A DNA stretch of 64,000 nucleotides from Lama guanicoe (GCA_013239625.1 MU054391.1:6903824-6967823), one strand, 5' to 3'; shown: positions 49,833-64,000, counted from the first letter of the stretch. Made by a program: numbers and translations. The notes: a model not told the origin generated them from the sequence alone.

Positions 49833-52336
49833 GATTGTGATGAACCCACAGAGGGAAGTTTTGTTCTATATTTTGTTTGTTTTTAATTTTTCTTTTTTAT
49901 TTTAAATTTTTTCTTTTTTCTTGTTTATGTATTTTATTTTTTAAAATTTTATTTATTATTATTATTTTAGTTTTTTTTTTTACAGAGGTAAGTTGTATTG
50001 TCTCCATTTCACAGTTGAGGAGCAGAGACTGAGAAAGCCCCAAAGACAGGGTCATGCAGCCAGAAGGGGTCAAATTGGACTCAAACCAAAGTCAATTCGG
50101 CCTCAAGGCTGTGTTGGTGCCAACGAACCATCCAGCTTCTGGCGGGGGCTGGGTGGGGGTGGGGGTGGGGGGTGGGGTTAGGCTTCGCAGGTGGTGCTGG
50201 GAAAGGAGCAGGAGGAGTGCTCACTGGAAGGAGAGAAGATTTCCAGGGGATTAGGAGGCCACGTTGTGGTTGTGGGGGCCTCGTCTCCGTCCCTAGCTTG
50301 GATAGAAGTGTCACGCGTGGCGAGGTCAGAGCGGACCTCCCCAACCCCAGCAGCCTTGTAGTTGTGAGGTCGTTGGAAGATGTCACGTTCTCTTTTATTG
50401 GTTTCCTTGGAAATTCTCATTGCCAATTTCTGTGGAGAAAGAAGAATTAAAAAAAAAAAAAAGGCTGCGTCTTATCCTCAGTAATTACTGATGTGGTAGA
50501 ACAATCAGAGACTCGCCAACAAGCCAGGGAAAGTCAGTGCAGCAGCAGCTGCCCTTTATTATCTTAAAATTCTCTTTCAGTCTTGATATACTTTGGCAGA
50601 AGGACAATATTTCCACCCAACTGTTAATTTTGCTTCAGTATTATTTCTGCGATGCTCAATCAAAAACATTTCCAAATCTCTGTGTTATGTGTATCGAGCT
50701 TAGAGAAAGGCACGCAGCCATCAAGACCATGATCCATAATGGACACCACACCAGGATATTGATTTTGTCCTTGAGGAAATCCGATAACAAATCAATACGT
50801 TGTAACACATGACGAAAGTGATCAAACTTGTAAACAGACATTGGAAGGCAAGCAGTGGTAATAGATGCTGCAGTAACTATTAGATTGGGGGAAATGGTAA
50901 CGTTTAGTGTTGGTCAGCCTTCAGGGTGGGCGCAGGGGGGCAGAGAGACAGAACAGTTCACTTGCTGCTCTGCAGTGAAGCTGGCATCGAAGCTGCCGTG
51001 TCTGCTTATTGCTACAGTGGGTATTTACTGAGCATCTGCTGTGTGTCAGGCACCAGGGGCAGACTGGTGAACCCACCCCTGTGGCCCCTGTGTGCCTGGG
51101 TATTCAGCTGGGGGAGCAGGGAGACGGTTTTTGTCACACGAGCCCTAAATGAATAAGGAGGGATGCCTTCAGATGAGAAGAAAGTTGCAGAGAGGGAAGA
51201 AACCTGACCTAGACTGGAACTTGATCTGAAGATGACTTAGCAGTAACTGCAGTGCTGGCGGGGCTGGGGGTGGGGGTTGTCCTGACCCAGGAGGCAGTGT
51301 GAACATTGAAGGGCTCAGCCATGTGGCAAGTGTCTGCAGGGGAGGGGGATGTCTGGAGGGCAGAGATGTGCAGCCAGGCAGGCAGGTGGGGGCCTGCCCA
51401 GCCAACCTTTGGGGTTTGTTAAAGATGAGAGAACTTAACCACAGAGCAATAGGCAGCTGCTGCAGGGGCTCGAGGGGGTGGGGCAGGAGTGAGGCATGGT
51501 GGCCAGGTCAGTGGGCAGCCCACTGACTCTGGTGCTTTCCAAGCTGCCTGTGAAAACTTGATGTTTCTGCAAAGCTTTCTTCCAGGCCTTTGAATGCAAC
51601 AGCAGATGGAGCTGAAGGGGGCCGGGGGCCCTAGCCTTCTGAGTTTTCTGAGCTGGCTGTCAGGTGGTCTACCTGGGAACCTCCAGTAGAGATAGAGCCA
51701 CGTGGACTGGGAGTCAGTTGCAAGCTTTTTCAGACAGTAGCCATGATGGGTGGTTCTAATGTTCCTTTTCTTTATTGCAAGACCTGTTACGCTGCGAGAA
51801 TTTGAGGCACTGAAGACGGTTAATGGGGTGACCCCTCCTCTTGCTTGTCCACATCCTCTCCATTTGAAAGTCCAGCAGAGTTGCAGTTTTCTAAGAAACC
51901 TCCCCTGTGTTTGCCTGATCTCTCTTTTCTCGTCTCTCCGAAGCGTATTGTCCACACTCCAATTTGGGGGAAAGGTGGTATTAAACGTAACAACATTGAC
52001 ACAGGTGAGCCCTGGCTCCTTGATGGCAGGGGGGAAGGATTTACCCTGCACGTCCCAGGTTTGCACACCTGTGACCCAAAGCCCCTGGCAAGTGTCTGAT
52101 GTGTTACACACACAGCTGGAGTGGAGCCAACGTCTGCTTCTTCCTTTGCTTTCCTCAGCTCCAGGTCTCCTGACTCCGGCTTCTTTGATGAGTCAAGGAA
52201 CCAAATCAGAGGGTCAGAGGGTCTGATGTTCATAGATGCTGCAACTAAATTCAGATTTGCTGATTCTCCATCCAGGCAAAGAGAGGCAAAGAGAGGGGAT
52301 CTCTTTCTTCCCTGTCTTCTTCCTTTCTTCTGTTGG

Positions 52337-52337
<1 letters not shown>

Positions 52338-52372
<35 letters not shown>
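52338..52372. repeat. (TG)n microsatellite
   Basis: Read directly. Confidence 0.95.
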
Positions 52373-52374
<2 letters not shown>

Positions 52375-53074
52375 TGGGGTGGGGGAAGCAAGGGAGCATC
52401 TGTATAGTGCCTCAAAGAGGGCCGTCTGGCATTCCCTTCCACTAGCAGAAGTGAATGAAACAGGGGTTCATATCACTTCCTGAATCCCGTTCCCAGGTGA
52501 GTTTCAGGGCCTTGTTCTCTGGGCACAGACATCTTCTCAAGACTGTCTAGTGGTTGTGACGTTAGAAGATACACATCTGTGCCCTCACCTTTGGGGTCAT
52601 TTGGTAGATTAAATTCATTTAATCCTGAAAACGTCAAGTAGGAGAGGTGTGGGTGCCCACATGTGAGAGCCCTACTTTCTCCACAAGCGCAGGATGGCTG
52701 TGGTCTGTTTAAAAATAAATAGAAAATTTCCTTGTCCGCATGAACATGCACCATGTACATCATATAAATGGAAGAAAGCATGTTCTGAAAATAGAACACG
52801 AACGTGTGCGCTGTGGATATTCTTCTCTGTTTGACTCCTTAAAGTGGCAGGGATGGGAATCACACTGGCAGGATGTAGTCCCCAACTTCCTCGGGCTCCC
52901 TAGGGAAGCTCCGTGGACGGGGACTTCCTCACCTGGGCAGCAAGGAGTTGGGACTGGATGGCCCATGTCCCGTCCAGCAGTGCCGCCCCCTGTGGCCTGG
53001 GGAGGTTGTTTCTAACCACGATGCTTTGTTGCATCAGCCTTTGCTTGAGTGTGGTTGCTGGGATTTCCTTAAGA

Positions 53075-53246
53075 GATGTTTTTTCTTTGTTTTTTTAAAT
53101 TTTTAATTTATTTTTTAAATCGAAGTATAGTCAGTTACAATGTGTCAATTTCTGGTGTGCAGCATGTTTCAGTCATACTTCTACATACATATAATTGTTT
53201 TCATATTCTTTTTCATTATATGTTACTGCAAGATATTGAATATAGT
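53075..53246 (-). mobile_element. Short L1 3'-end insertion with TSD
   Basis: TSD tgggatttcctt(a/g)aga at 53059-53074 and 53247-53262. Confidence 0.8.
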
Positions 53247-56200
53247 TGGGATTTCCTTGAGAAGTGTGGTTTGGGAGGGAGACGCCGTGTGAGCAGGCGG
53301 TTAATATGCAGCTGAGCCAGGGTGGAACCGTGCTGTGTGCAGATGGTTTCTCTGGGGACCGTGCCTGTGTTAATGGCCTGAGGGGAACCAGCCATGTTTT
53401 CTCATCAGGAAGGCCAATGATGACAGCCCCTTGGGCCGTGAATCAAAGCTTCTCTTCCCACGATTGACAATCGAAGGCAGCCTTTCCCCACGTCCTCCCC
53501 AGATCTGTGGTATTTTGTTAATTAGGGGATGAGAAACCCGCTGTGGCAAATGGAGAACATTAGGGGGTTGCACGGTGTATTCATTAGTTTTCTGTCAGAC
53601 CAGATGACTTTGTAATCAGTTAGGAATTGGAGGTGGCTTTCCCCAAAGTAGATAGAAATGATCGTATAGCCTCCCTCTCTCCTTCATTCATTTATTAATA
53701 ATTTGTTATGCTTAAATGCTGTGATATGTGCTGGAGGGAAGGAAGGTATGTGGCCTGGGGCTTGCAGCTTGGTTGGGAGAAGAGGGTAAAGCACCGTAAG
53801 GGATAACGTGCAGGGGGAGGAAGAGCCCTTCTGGGTAGAAATGTCTCGGAGAGCTTCATGGGGAAAGGTCACCTGAGTTAGTACTTTAAAGAGATGCACA
53901 CTGGGACGTGTGAAGGAGAAAGGACATTCCCGACGGAGGAAACAGTTCAAGCACAAGTTTCTCTAAGATTACTCGGTATTAACTGAGTATCTTTGGTTCA
54001 GTTTACAGCCAGTGTTAAAAGTGATGAGGTCCTCTGGGGTTTTCCATACAAACGAGGCGCTTTCATTCTCGATGTGGGCCAGGCATAGCTCTGTGCACTT
54101 TCTGATCATTGTCATTTCTACTCCTAACAAAAAACTTGTGACAGACAGACCATTATCAGCCCTCTTATTGGGGAATGGTACGGGAAGTCAGAGGAGGTTA
54201 AGGAACTTCTGGAGAACACAAGAGTATATGCAGCAGGTTTGAATCCAGGGCTCCTGACTCTCCATCCTTTGCATCGGTGTGGACTGCTCCAGGATGGCGG
54301 ACACAGTGTTGTGCCCTGTGGCAGAACGTGCTGGGGGCTATACCACTTGGATTTTGAGGACTTTCAAGATCAGAGAGTCACCCACAGTAGCCATTGTCTT
54401 AAATGCAAAGTGTTTGTCACTTTGCATGTATTGTATGAATCAATGATGCTGATTTTGATACAAAATTGCACAATAATTAATAACTCATTTAATCAAGAAA
54501 TTAAAAAATATGTACCAGCTTGGCTGAGTAGATGCTGTAACAAGCATTGACATTTCCTCACGAGGAGTCCATCATAACCGAAAACTAATAGTAATTGCAG
54601 CAACAGTGACCCTCCAGTGAGTCTCTACTCTGGTCTAGGCACTAGATCAGGTGCTTTTTATTTGACATCAATCAAGAAACATGCATATGATAGTGAACAT
54701 GCATGCCACGTTTTACTATTTTTAAGAAGTTGCCCAGAACTTGCAGTTCTGTGAAATGGGTGTCGTGGTTTCTGATACAGGCATCCCCAGGCCTGGAGTT
54801 CCCAGTTCTACAGCCACTGGACCCCTGCTTCCCAAAGTCCCTCCTCCCCTCTGAGGGCCAGATAGAGCCTGTCCTTCTCCCCGCTCAAAACTCATGACTT
54901 GTCGCCTCTGTCGTCACGCTGGCCTTGGAGTGGGCGGGAGAAAGTCTGCCTTCTCCTTCACTGAGTTATCCTAAGTGAGGATTCTGGCCCTTAATTCTTT
55001 CCATTAATTCATCAGAATTGGGGCTGTATGCTTCTTTGTTTCTTTCTTTCTCTCTCTCTTTTGTTCTTTCTTTCTCTCTCTCTTGTCCTTTTTATGTTTT
55101 CTTTTTTGCTGTATTTTAAATTACTATTTATTGAAGCATAGTCAGTTTACTGGTGTAAAGCACACCGTTTCAGTCATACAGACACATACATATATTCGTT
55201 TTCATATTCTTTTTCATTTTAGGTTACTGCAAGATAGTGAATATAGATCCCTGAGCTGTACAGTAGAAACTTGTTCATATTGCTTTTCAATAACGTCTTG
55301 AAGAAATTATCCCAGGAGGGCTTTATAGTCTGGGAAACACAAAACCATACATGAGATACATTTTCAGAGGCTCTAGAAAGCTTCTAGCCCATTTCTCCAA
55401 TGGTGGAGGAGGCTGCCCTCTTATCCTCCAAGCAAGAGTGTGAGAGAGAAAGAGAAACAGAGAGAATGGCCATGAGCAGTCTTCCCCAGGCTGTCCCCAC
55501 TGTCCCTAGTCCCATGCCCCAGGCCTGCTCTCCTAGTCCACTTTCCACCCCTCAGTCTTCCTTCTGCAGAGATTCTTGGCAGTTGGAATTTCCGTTTCCT
55601 CTGGGAGGGAGAACCCCACCCCCAGCCTTGTCCTGCAGCCACCCCTCCCCACTCCGTGCACTGGACTATTCCCCAGTCTTTATTTTCCAACAAACAGCAG
55701 CCCCCACGGGCTCGTTACGGAAGGGGCTTTTTAGAGCATGGGCTCCCCGTTTCCTTCACCTAGTTTGGGGAAGGCTTGCTTTCCCCTCCTTCCTGACATC
55801 TTTGCGTGGCCACTCCCACTTTTATGTGCCTGAGCAAGAACACCCGATTCTTCCAGGAACAAACAGTCATTTCCCAGGATGGTGTAGACTAGACCCATAT
55901 TTAGAATGGAAGAAAACAAAACCAGATAAAACTAAACAACCTTTCAAAGCCAACATAAACTGTAGACATTTGGCTTCAACACATCGAAGACCATATTGTT
56001 TTTTTCTAGATCGACACCATTTCACATCACTGTTTGCTGGGAGAGACTCTCCACGAACCATGACCCACCCAGAGTGTCCTTTGAGGTTGTCTTCTGAGCA
56101 CCAAGACTCTCTGCCTGAAAAGTGAATCCAGACTTCTCCCCTTTACCGTTGGTTGACCAAAAATGACCATTTCCCTGAAGTCCAGAGGTTCCAGGGTCAA

Positions 56201-56289
56201 GTCTGCTTTTTTGCTTTTTCAACTTTTTATTATGGAAAATTCTAAACAAACATGAAAGAAAGGAGAATATTATCATGAGCCTCCACATA

Positions 56290-56605
56290 TAGTCTGCCCT
56301 CCATTTCTGTGGGTTCCACATCCTAGGATTCAACCAGCTGCAGATTGAAAACATTTGGGAAAAAGAATTCCAGAAAGTTCCAAAACGCAAAACTTGAATC
56401 TGCTGCTCTGGCACTGCTTCCATAGCACTTCCGTTGTATTAGGATTATAAGTGATCTAGAAATGATTTAAACTCTATGGGAGGATGTGCGCTGGTTATAT
56501 GCAAATTCTACACCACTTTATACAAGGGACTTGAGCATCTGTGGATTTTGGTATCTGACGGGGGTCCTGGAACCAATCCTCTGTGAATACCGAGGGACAA
56601 CTGTA
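56290..56605. mobile_element. MER2-like TcMar-Tigger element
   Basis: gtctgccctccatttctgtgggttcc...ggaaccaatcctctgtgaataccgagggacaactgta. Confidence 0.75.
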
Positions 56606-59596
56606 TGCATTTTCCATCTTAAAAATTTTTATCAGCAACACATAGACAATTTTGTTTTGTTTATCCCACCAACAGTTTTATTTTCCCTGCTGCATTATCT
56701 TAAAGCAAATCACAGATAAATCATTTTATGCAAAAATACTTTCGTGTGTATCTCTAAAGGTATTCTCTTTTCAAGAAATCATTATCACATCAACATAAAA
56801 ATCAACAGTAATTCCTTATCATCCCAGATATCCAGTTAGTGTTTGATTTTCCCTGATGCTTCATTGACAGGTGTTTGCAGTTGATTTGTTTGTGGGAATC
56901 AGAATCCAAATGAGTTCTATGTGTTGTATTTTATTGATAAATCTCTTAGGGCTCTTTTGATTGATAAGTTTTCCCTTTTTTTTTTTTTTTGCCATTTATT
57001 TGTTAAAACCACCAGGACATTGGCCTCTTGCAGTTCTCTACTTTCTGAATTTTGCTGATTGCATCGCTGGGCTGTTATGTAGTATGTGCCTTTGTCTTTG
57101 TGTAGTCAGTAATTGGTAGTTTGATAAGAGAGGCTTGATCAGATTCAGGTTCAATATTTGGCCAGAGATGTCAGTGATGATGCGAACCTCACATTGCATC
57201 ACACCGGGAGGCACATCACATCTCTGATGGACCCCTTTGGGATGTTAGGATCTGCCAGTGCGTTCAGGGATTTACCAGCCTGATCTACCCATTAAAAAAT
57301 TCCCCAAATGATGATGCGCTAACTTAGAATGCCTTCTTCATTTATTTGCTAGAATTCTTGTATAAAGGACTTTTCAATATCAATGACTCGGCTGTAGTCC
57401 GATTTATACAGGGAGGGCAGGAAGAGGGCTCAGCTCTTCACCCACCAGTTTTCAGGACAGTAAGTTGGTTCCTAGCATCTTCCAAAGCCAACCAATGAGA
57501 GAGAGAGAGAGTGTGTGTGTGTGTGTGTGTTTTAGCATTATTATGAACATATGAATTTTTAACCTATTCAGTGGGCTCAATTCCATGAAGTAATTATTTT
57601 TTTGGTGCTCAAATTGCCCACCTCTGGCCAATGGGAGCCCTTCCAGCAGGCTCCTGTAGGCTGGGCCAGGAGGGGCCCGGGTGTGGGGCTCACCTCTGCC
57701 CAGCAGTCTCTTTGAGAACAAAGCTTCTCCCTGGGCAGTGGCTTTGGGGCTTGAGAATTTGATGAAGGGGCAGCAGAAGGTCACTCTCTCCACTTTCCAT
57801 CCCACATTTTCCCAGGGTCAGAGCTTTTTTGGTGTTACACCATCATCTCCATTTGAGCTGAGACGAACAGAAGTTAAATTTTCCCCAAGATGATAGCAAG
57901 TACAAAGGGAGCTGGAACTCCAACCCTGAGAATCCAGGAAGGAGTGAGACCAGGGCAGGTGATGGCATGCCAGGTGGAGAGGAAAGGCCTGGAGACAAGA
58001 CAGAAGGGTGAATTCAGGGCAGGGTCAGCTGGAAGCAGGGCAGAATAAGTGTGGAGTGGAGAAGGCAAGAGGAAGTAGATCTTGGAGAACCTGGAAGCCT
58101 TTCTGACCAGGAATCAGATGAAATCTGAAAGCGACTTGGATGGAGGAGGGGCAGCCAAGGGTTCACATGGGGCGAGCCGCCCTCCTCCTCTTCAGTGTCA
58201 CCTTTGCTCCTGATACCGCCCCCTGCAGTGCTCCTCCTGGTCCATTGTCTCCTCTGCTCCCTCCCATCCCAGTCTCTTGGGAATAGGCACCCTTCCTAAT
58301 TAGTGAGCCCACATCTGGTCTAAAACAAGTTCTCAGCTCTAAGCTGGGGTAATAAAACAGTCCCGTCCCTTAGGATTGTTGTGGGGATCAGATGCGGTAC
58401 GACACCGCAGGTGCGGAGCCCAGTGCTGGTCCAGAGTCAGGACGTCCACAGACGGGGCCACTGCTCCCGTCCTGAGACTTTTCCCCGCCCTTCGCTCTGG
58501 CATTTGTGTTCCTAGGGAAAAAACTTGGTTCTGTCTCACTTGCTCTCTGTTACCAGGGAGTTTCTAGCCTGCAGCTGCTGGAATTTCCAGGGCACAAGGC
58601 AATGGAGTTATACTTGAAAACAGTACCAGAAACCCAAAGGCTTTTTTTTTTTAATTGAGGTGAAATTTATATGACATAAAATGAGCCATTTTAAAGTGAA
58701 AGATTTAGCGGCATTTAGTACATTCCCAATTCTGTGCCACTGCCACTTCTAGCAAGGTGATTTTTAAGTTCTTTTATTTTCATTTGAAAAAATTTTGGGA
58801 GGGGACACAAGTACTACATTTCTATGGCTCAGAATTAAACTTTTGTCTTGTTTTTATTTACTCTCCCCACTTTTTTTTGCTACCTCAGGTGGCTGACCAC
58901 CCCTTGCTTTACAGCCGCTTGGACAAATAGCATTCTGGCCACATTAAGAGGTCCATAGACCATGTACCCTTTCCCCCAGGCACTCTGTCAACCCCTGGCT
59001 TCCATGGAGGAACTCATTTCTTAGAACCATCATTCAATTAAGTAGCACTCGAAGAAAGAAATGATCATTTTTATGAAGGTAGAAAATAATTTCAAAAAAT
59101 CAAAAGAGCAACTCTTCCTATAAATAAAAATGAATCCACTCAACAAATATTTATTGAGTGAATACTATGTGCTATGCCCTAGGTATTTAGTAAGGCATTA
59201 AACAGACACGACTCCTGCCAGGATTTTCTTGGCAGCATTAGGGCACCTGGAGATTTACTTGTTTCCTAAGGCTTTAGAACAGAATTAATCTTGAGCGTCT
59301 AAGGCCGAGGATTGTTGAAAAGCACCTCGTTTTGCTGGAAGGGCGCGGTGAGCTGGCAGTCGATAACCTGGATTCGGATTGTCTGCCCCATCTACCATCA
59401 GAGGGGCGAGGTATCAGCCCCTGAGCCGCTTCCCCCACGTGATCGATGACCCGAGGCTGGATCCAAGGGGTCCTCCCAAGAACAGAATGAGAGAAAGGCC
59501 GCTTCCCAGCAGCCCCCGAGGCGTCTTACGCAGCTCCGCTAGTCTCATGCTTTACTTAAGTGAATATGATTTAAGGTTTATACACAAAGATAATCA

Positions 59597-59609
59597 GGTC
59601 AAAATGACC
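59597..59609. promoter_or_regulatory. Perfect estrogen response element GGTCAaaaTGACC
   Basis: Exact 13-bp IR3 palindrome (context AGGTCAAAATGACCC) in a locally CpG-rich patch (~59330-59720). Confidence 0.85.
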
Positions 59610-61524
59610 CTCCTTCAGTTGCTGGAGCCGCTTGGGCAAAGGAACTCGGGAACCGCGGGAAGATGGCTGTGGAGTCTTTCATCACGCCGTCCGCCCGGGA
59701 AGGGACAGCTGGATAAAGTCGGAGCTTCTTTGTTCTAGAGCCGAAAAAAATGTTGCAGAATAATAGGCTTGTCATTCATAAATGAGATCATGTAAGTGGG
59801 CAGGGCATGGTTCCAGAAAGCTCTACAGATTCATCAAATCTTTTCTCTTTAATTTTCCAAGGAAGCACAGTTTTTTTGGCCCATTCTGGGGATCAGTTAG
59901 TTCACCTCCCTGGCAGAGTGGTGGGCATCTTTAACTCGGTCCCAGTGTGGAAAGAGGGCCTCTGTGTCATCCTTGAAGGATTGCAGTCTGAGAACTGAAG
60001 GATGGGCTTCCCAGGGAAGGGAGTTTTAAGCGGGTCGGCCATTGAAATTAATTTGTCCAGGAGCAACATTCAAGATCTCTGCCACAAATTGGGCTCTCTG
60101 AGTCTCTAGCCCAGTACTGGGCTCTGAGGGGACCTCTTAGTCACCCTTCCAGGCCCACTTCCTCCAGGAAGCCTTCCCTGATCTTAGCTGAATTTTCTCC
60201 CTTTCCTGAGCTTCTGTAGCCCTGGCTTGAAGTTTTATTGAGACTCATCCAAACCCCCAAATTAGCAGGAACATCCCATTTCCCAAGCGTTCTAATTCAT
60301 TGAGGGTTCTCAGTCTTGCTTTGAAAAAATAAGAACAGTGGCTTCTTTATAATACTTCACACTTACTTAGTTTTTATGAAATAAACCAATGTTTATGAAG
60401 TCCTTTCCTTGGCCTGGCTTTTTTGGGTACTGAGGGTGACGTGTGGTCTGGGCCTCCTGGTCTGGCGTGTCCGGCTGCACTCACGTGTACTGTAGCAGGA
60501 CTAGAGGCAGCCACATAATTTGTGGTTTCACTCAGCCAATATTTTCCAAAGAGTAGCCTGGGCTGGGCATTGAACTGGGCCCAGGAGCCCAGGAGCTGGA
60601 CAGGCCCTGGTCTCTGCCGTTAGGAGCTCAGAGACTAGAGTGAGGAAGACAGATCTCCTTCTTACTCTTTCCAAGAGGAGTGGAAAATAACTCCGGGGAG
60701 TTCAGCTGGGTAAGTGTGAGAGGGTGGGGGTGGGTGGAGGGAGCCTGGGTCTACACAGCACGGACAGTGGGAAATAAATGATGTTTCCAAGGCCTAGGAT
60801 GCAGAGGGTAAGCGGTTAACATCGCAGGCCGGATGTGTAGGTGCCACCTGCTGCGCTAAGCTTGTTCCCTACGGTTCTCCTGTAATCCTCTAAGCAGGTG
60901 TAGGTGTTACCATATGACCTATGTTACATTTGGGAGACCTGAGAATTCGAGAAAATGTGTTGCTTTCCCAATGTATCTACTGCATTGTTGAGCTTCTAAC
61001 TCACCGACTGGAGATTCTGATTCTAAATCCTGCCCCCGTCTGGTGGGTGTCCACCTCTTTGCTGACATACCACCTCCATATTTCTATTATCAAATGTCAG
61101 TGTTGTGTCTTCAGATGTATGTGCTGTTTGGCTGCTTTTCCCAGGAGAGGGTTGGACCACGGAAAGGCTTGTCGAGGAAAAGGGGAACAGTGTTGATTGC
61201 AGGGGTCTCACTAGAGGGAAAGAACTGGAATGAACTCTTTGGGGATTTCAGTTGGGCCAAAGCAGTGTCACTGAAATTTTGAGAAATCACATACTGAATA
61301 CAGAGACCAAGAGACACTCGATCTGCACAACCTCTCTCCATGCTGGGACCATCGTTCCTTCCCTTTGTGATAGCGCTTCTCATGTATTGATTTTGTAATA
61401 CAGCATTTTGCCCTGTTAGGTTGTGAGTTCCTTTGAAGTTGAGAGCAGATGCCATCCATGTCTGTATACCCAGTGCCTAGCCCTGTGCTTGGCCCAGAGA
61501 AGGTACTTAAGAGCTGCTTGTTGG

Positions 61525-61730
61525 ATCCATCCATCCACCCACTTAACCATCTACCCACCCACCCATCTATTGATCTGTCCAACCATCCATTCATTCATCC
61601 ATCTATCCAGCCAGCCATCCATCTATCCAGCCAGCCAGTTACTTATCTACCCACCCATTCACTTATCCATTCATCCATCTGCCCATCCATCATCTCATCC
61701 ATCCATCCATCCACTCATCTATTTACCCAG
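61525..61730. repeat. Degenerate (ATCC)n simple repeat
   Basis: Read directly. Confidence 0.9.
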
Positions 61731-63516
61731 TCCTTCATTAGGTGTTCTCCAAGCAGTACAATGGCCTGGTATTATGATCAATACTGAGGTAACAGAGATT
61801 CAGTCAGATACAGACCTCTCAAAGAGCTCAGAGTCTAAGGATAATGAGAAGAAAATGTGGTAAGTAGAAATGACTGAATGAAGACTCTATTATCACTAAG
61901 CCTGGGACTTTCCAAGAAGATAATGGGTTATTTCTTTATCCTGAATGATGTAGATATGAACGAGGCAACCTCTCCCTCTCCATCCCGCTTCCCTTGTATC
62001 TCAGCCCCTGTGAGGTTTTCTCTGGCACCATCTGGCTCCTTCCTCTGCGGGAAGCCCTTTGAGACGTGAGGCTCACTGCAGGAGCTGCCTGCAGAGGGGC
62101 GGGCAGGGGGCACTGACCTGGTGGCTTCAAGGTGGCCGTATCACCGTCCCCTCCTGTGTCTCCCCCAGTGGAATGCTGCCCGAAAGCACAGAACAGATGT
62201 TCTCTGGGCAGAGTGATCACTCACCAGTCCCTCCTCTGGGAACAGGAGGTGACAGCACATTTATCTGCGAGTGGAGGCTGAATCCTCTGACATTCTTCTT
62301 GATTCATCCATCCGACTAGCATTTGGTGAAACACGTCAGACTTCTGAGGGGCAGAGTAAATTCGTTCACCTTCTCCAATTGTGATTGGAGAAGCCACGTG
62401 GAGATGCTTAGGGAGGCTGATTTAGCCTCGCAGGACAGCTCGCCAGGCAGGCTTTGGAGCACAACCCAAAGGAAGCCTCGTCAAAGCTCAGTGGTCTGTT
62501 ATTTTTAAAGGGTCCCAGCAAATCTGGGCGTTTGAAGTAGAAAAGCGGGGAGGACCTATCTTGCAGGACTGGGTGGATTTCACGTCAACAGCAGGACCAA
62601 CATTGGCTGTTTTCAGATTTGGATGTCCCACTGGTGACCCCGAACGAGTCCGGTCCACCATGAACTCATCATCGTCTCCCTGTCCCAGCTTCACCTGAAT
62701 GTGCTGATTCCATCCTCCGGAACTTGGGCTTCTTTCCTTCCTCCACCACCCGGTGATCACTGGGTGCTGGAGATTCTCTGTGATCCTCCGTGCTTATGTT
62801 CTCTTCTCTCTCTCCCTGTAACTGCTCGGGGGCAGGTCCTCAGTTTCTCTCTTTGGACAGGCCTCTGCTGGCTGATCACATCCCCACTGCTGCATCCACG
62901 GTGCTTCCAAAACCCCAGTCTGGTCACATCACTCTTGGGCTTCAAGCCCTGCGGTGCTTTCCCGCTGGGACACAGGGGCGATAAGAACCTCTTCTCCTTA
63001 CCTGACTTCCAGCTGTAATGGGGAGAGGAGCCAGGCAGACGGAGACCAGGGTCCCACCTTTATTTCTGCCAAGGCTGTTGGCCTGTGTGGTTTCAGGGGT
63101 GAGCTAAAAGGCCTGGCTGATTCCCCCTGCTTGCCCAACCCCAGGCTAGACCTTGGGGTGGGGGTGGGGGGTTCATGTAAGGGAAAGCGTCACATCCGTG
63201 GTGTCCAGGGAGCTGCCTCACACCAGGAAGGCAAAGGGGAAAGTCGCCAGTGTGCAGCAAACCACGTGCCTACCGCTTCCCATGGTAGGGGAAGCTCATC
63301 TCTTAGGGGTCAAACTTACAACAGAGAGATTTTGACCCAGTGACTCCTTTAGAATCATTCCATGCAGGTTCCTCCTCCTCCCGCTGCAGGGGAGGCAGAG
63401 TCTCTTGTTTCAAAGGGGGTCGGACAACAGAGGCAGAGTCGGAGACCCTGTTCTTGGAGGAGCTTGGCCAGTAGAATCTGAAAGATCCTCTTGGTGAAGA
63501 TAAGGTTTGAGCCATG

Positions 63517-63870
63517 GCTGTGGACTGAATTCCTGTGTTCCCCCAAATTCATAGGTTGAAACCTAACCCCCAGCGCGATGGCCTTGTGGAGGGGCCTTTG
63601 GGAGATGATCTGGTCATGAGGTGGAGCTTTCACGAAGGGGATTAGTGCCCTTGCACAGGGGTCTCCAGAGAGCACCCCGTCCCTCCTGCCGTGTGAAGAC
63701 ACAGCGAAGAGACGACCGTCTGCGACTTGAAAGAGGGCTCTCACCAGAGCCCAGCCCTGCTGGCACCCTGACCGTGGACTTCCAGCGTCTAGAACTGAGA
63801 GAAGTACATTTGTTGTTTATAAGCCACCCAGTCTAGGTATCTTGTTATGGGAGCCTGAGGGGCCTGAGAC
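63517..63870 (+). mobile_element. MaLR LTR (MLT1A/MST-like)
   Basis: tggactgaat...ccccaaattcataggttgaaacctaacccc...ttgtttataagccacccagtct; a further minus-strand MLT-like fragment starts ~63877. Confidence 0.8.
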
Positions 63871-64000
63871 GGTCACTGTACTGGCTTCCTTGGGCTGCTG
63901 GCACAGGGTACTGCAAACTGAGTAGCTTAAAACACAGAAACACCGTCTCTGGAAGTCCACGGTCAAGGTGGCTGAGCTCTGTCTGAAGCACTAGGGGAGG

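Noticed and set aside
51419..56125. 230-aa (51419-52111, -) and 241-aa (55400-56125, +) ORFs as possible GREB1 or novel exons
   Set aside because: No resemblance to any protein I recognise and no convincing splice-site framing; lengths are compatible with chance
59393..59410. CTCF-like CCATCAGAGGGGCG near the ERE
   Set aside because: Mismatches at core positions; too weak without data

Overview
Mammalian genomic DNA, probably camelid, inferred from a recurring tRNA-derived SINE. It contains the complete seven-coding-exon E2F6 gene on the minus strand (CDS 23700->7786, 843 nt, 280 aa), with a U12-type AT-AC intron 4 and a CpG-island promoter. The most notable observation lies just downstream of E2F6 (~60-2800): a degenerate, intron-containing tandem duplicate of E2F6 in the same orientation. 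Its exon 3 and exon 5 copies are clear, its exon 2 and exon 6 copies are weaker, and it is disabled by a frameshift, a SINE insertion and lost splice signals. A second CpG island (~34.9-36.0 kb) is inferred from recalled mammalian synteny to be the distal GREB1 promoter. It is followed by ~28 kb of non-coding sequence with a perfect estrogen response element (59597-59609) and a near-perfect one (46769-46781). The rest is ordinary interspersed repeats, microsatellites and one 300-N assembly gap. Repeat family names are from memory and need Dfam/RepeatMasker confirmation.
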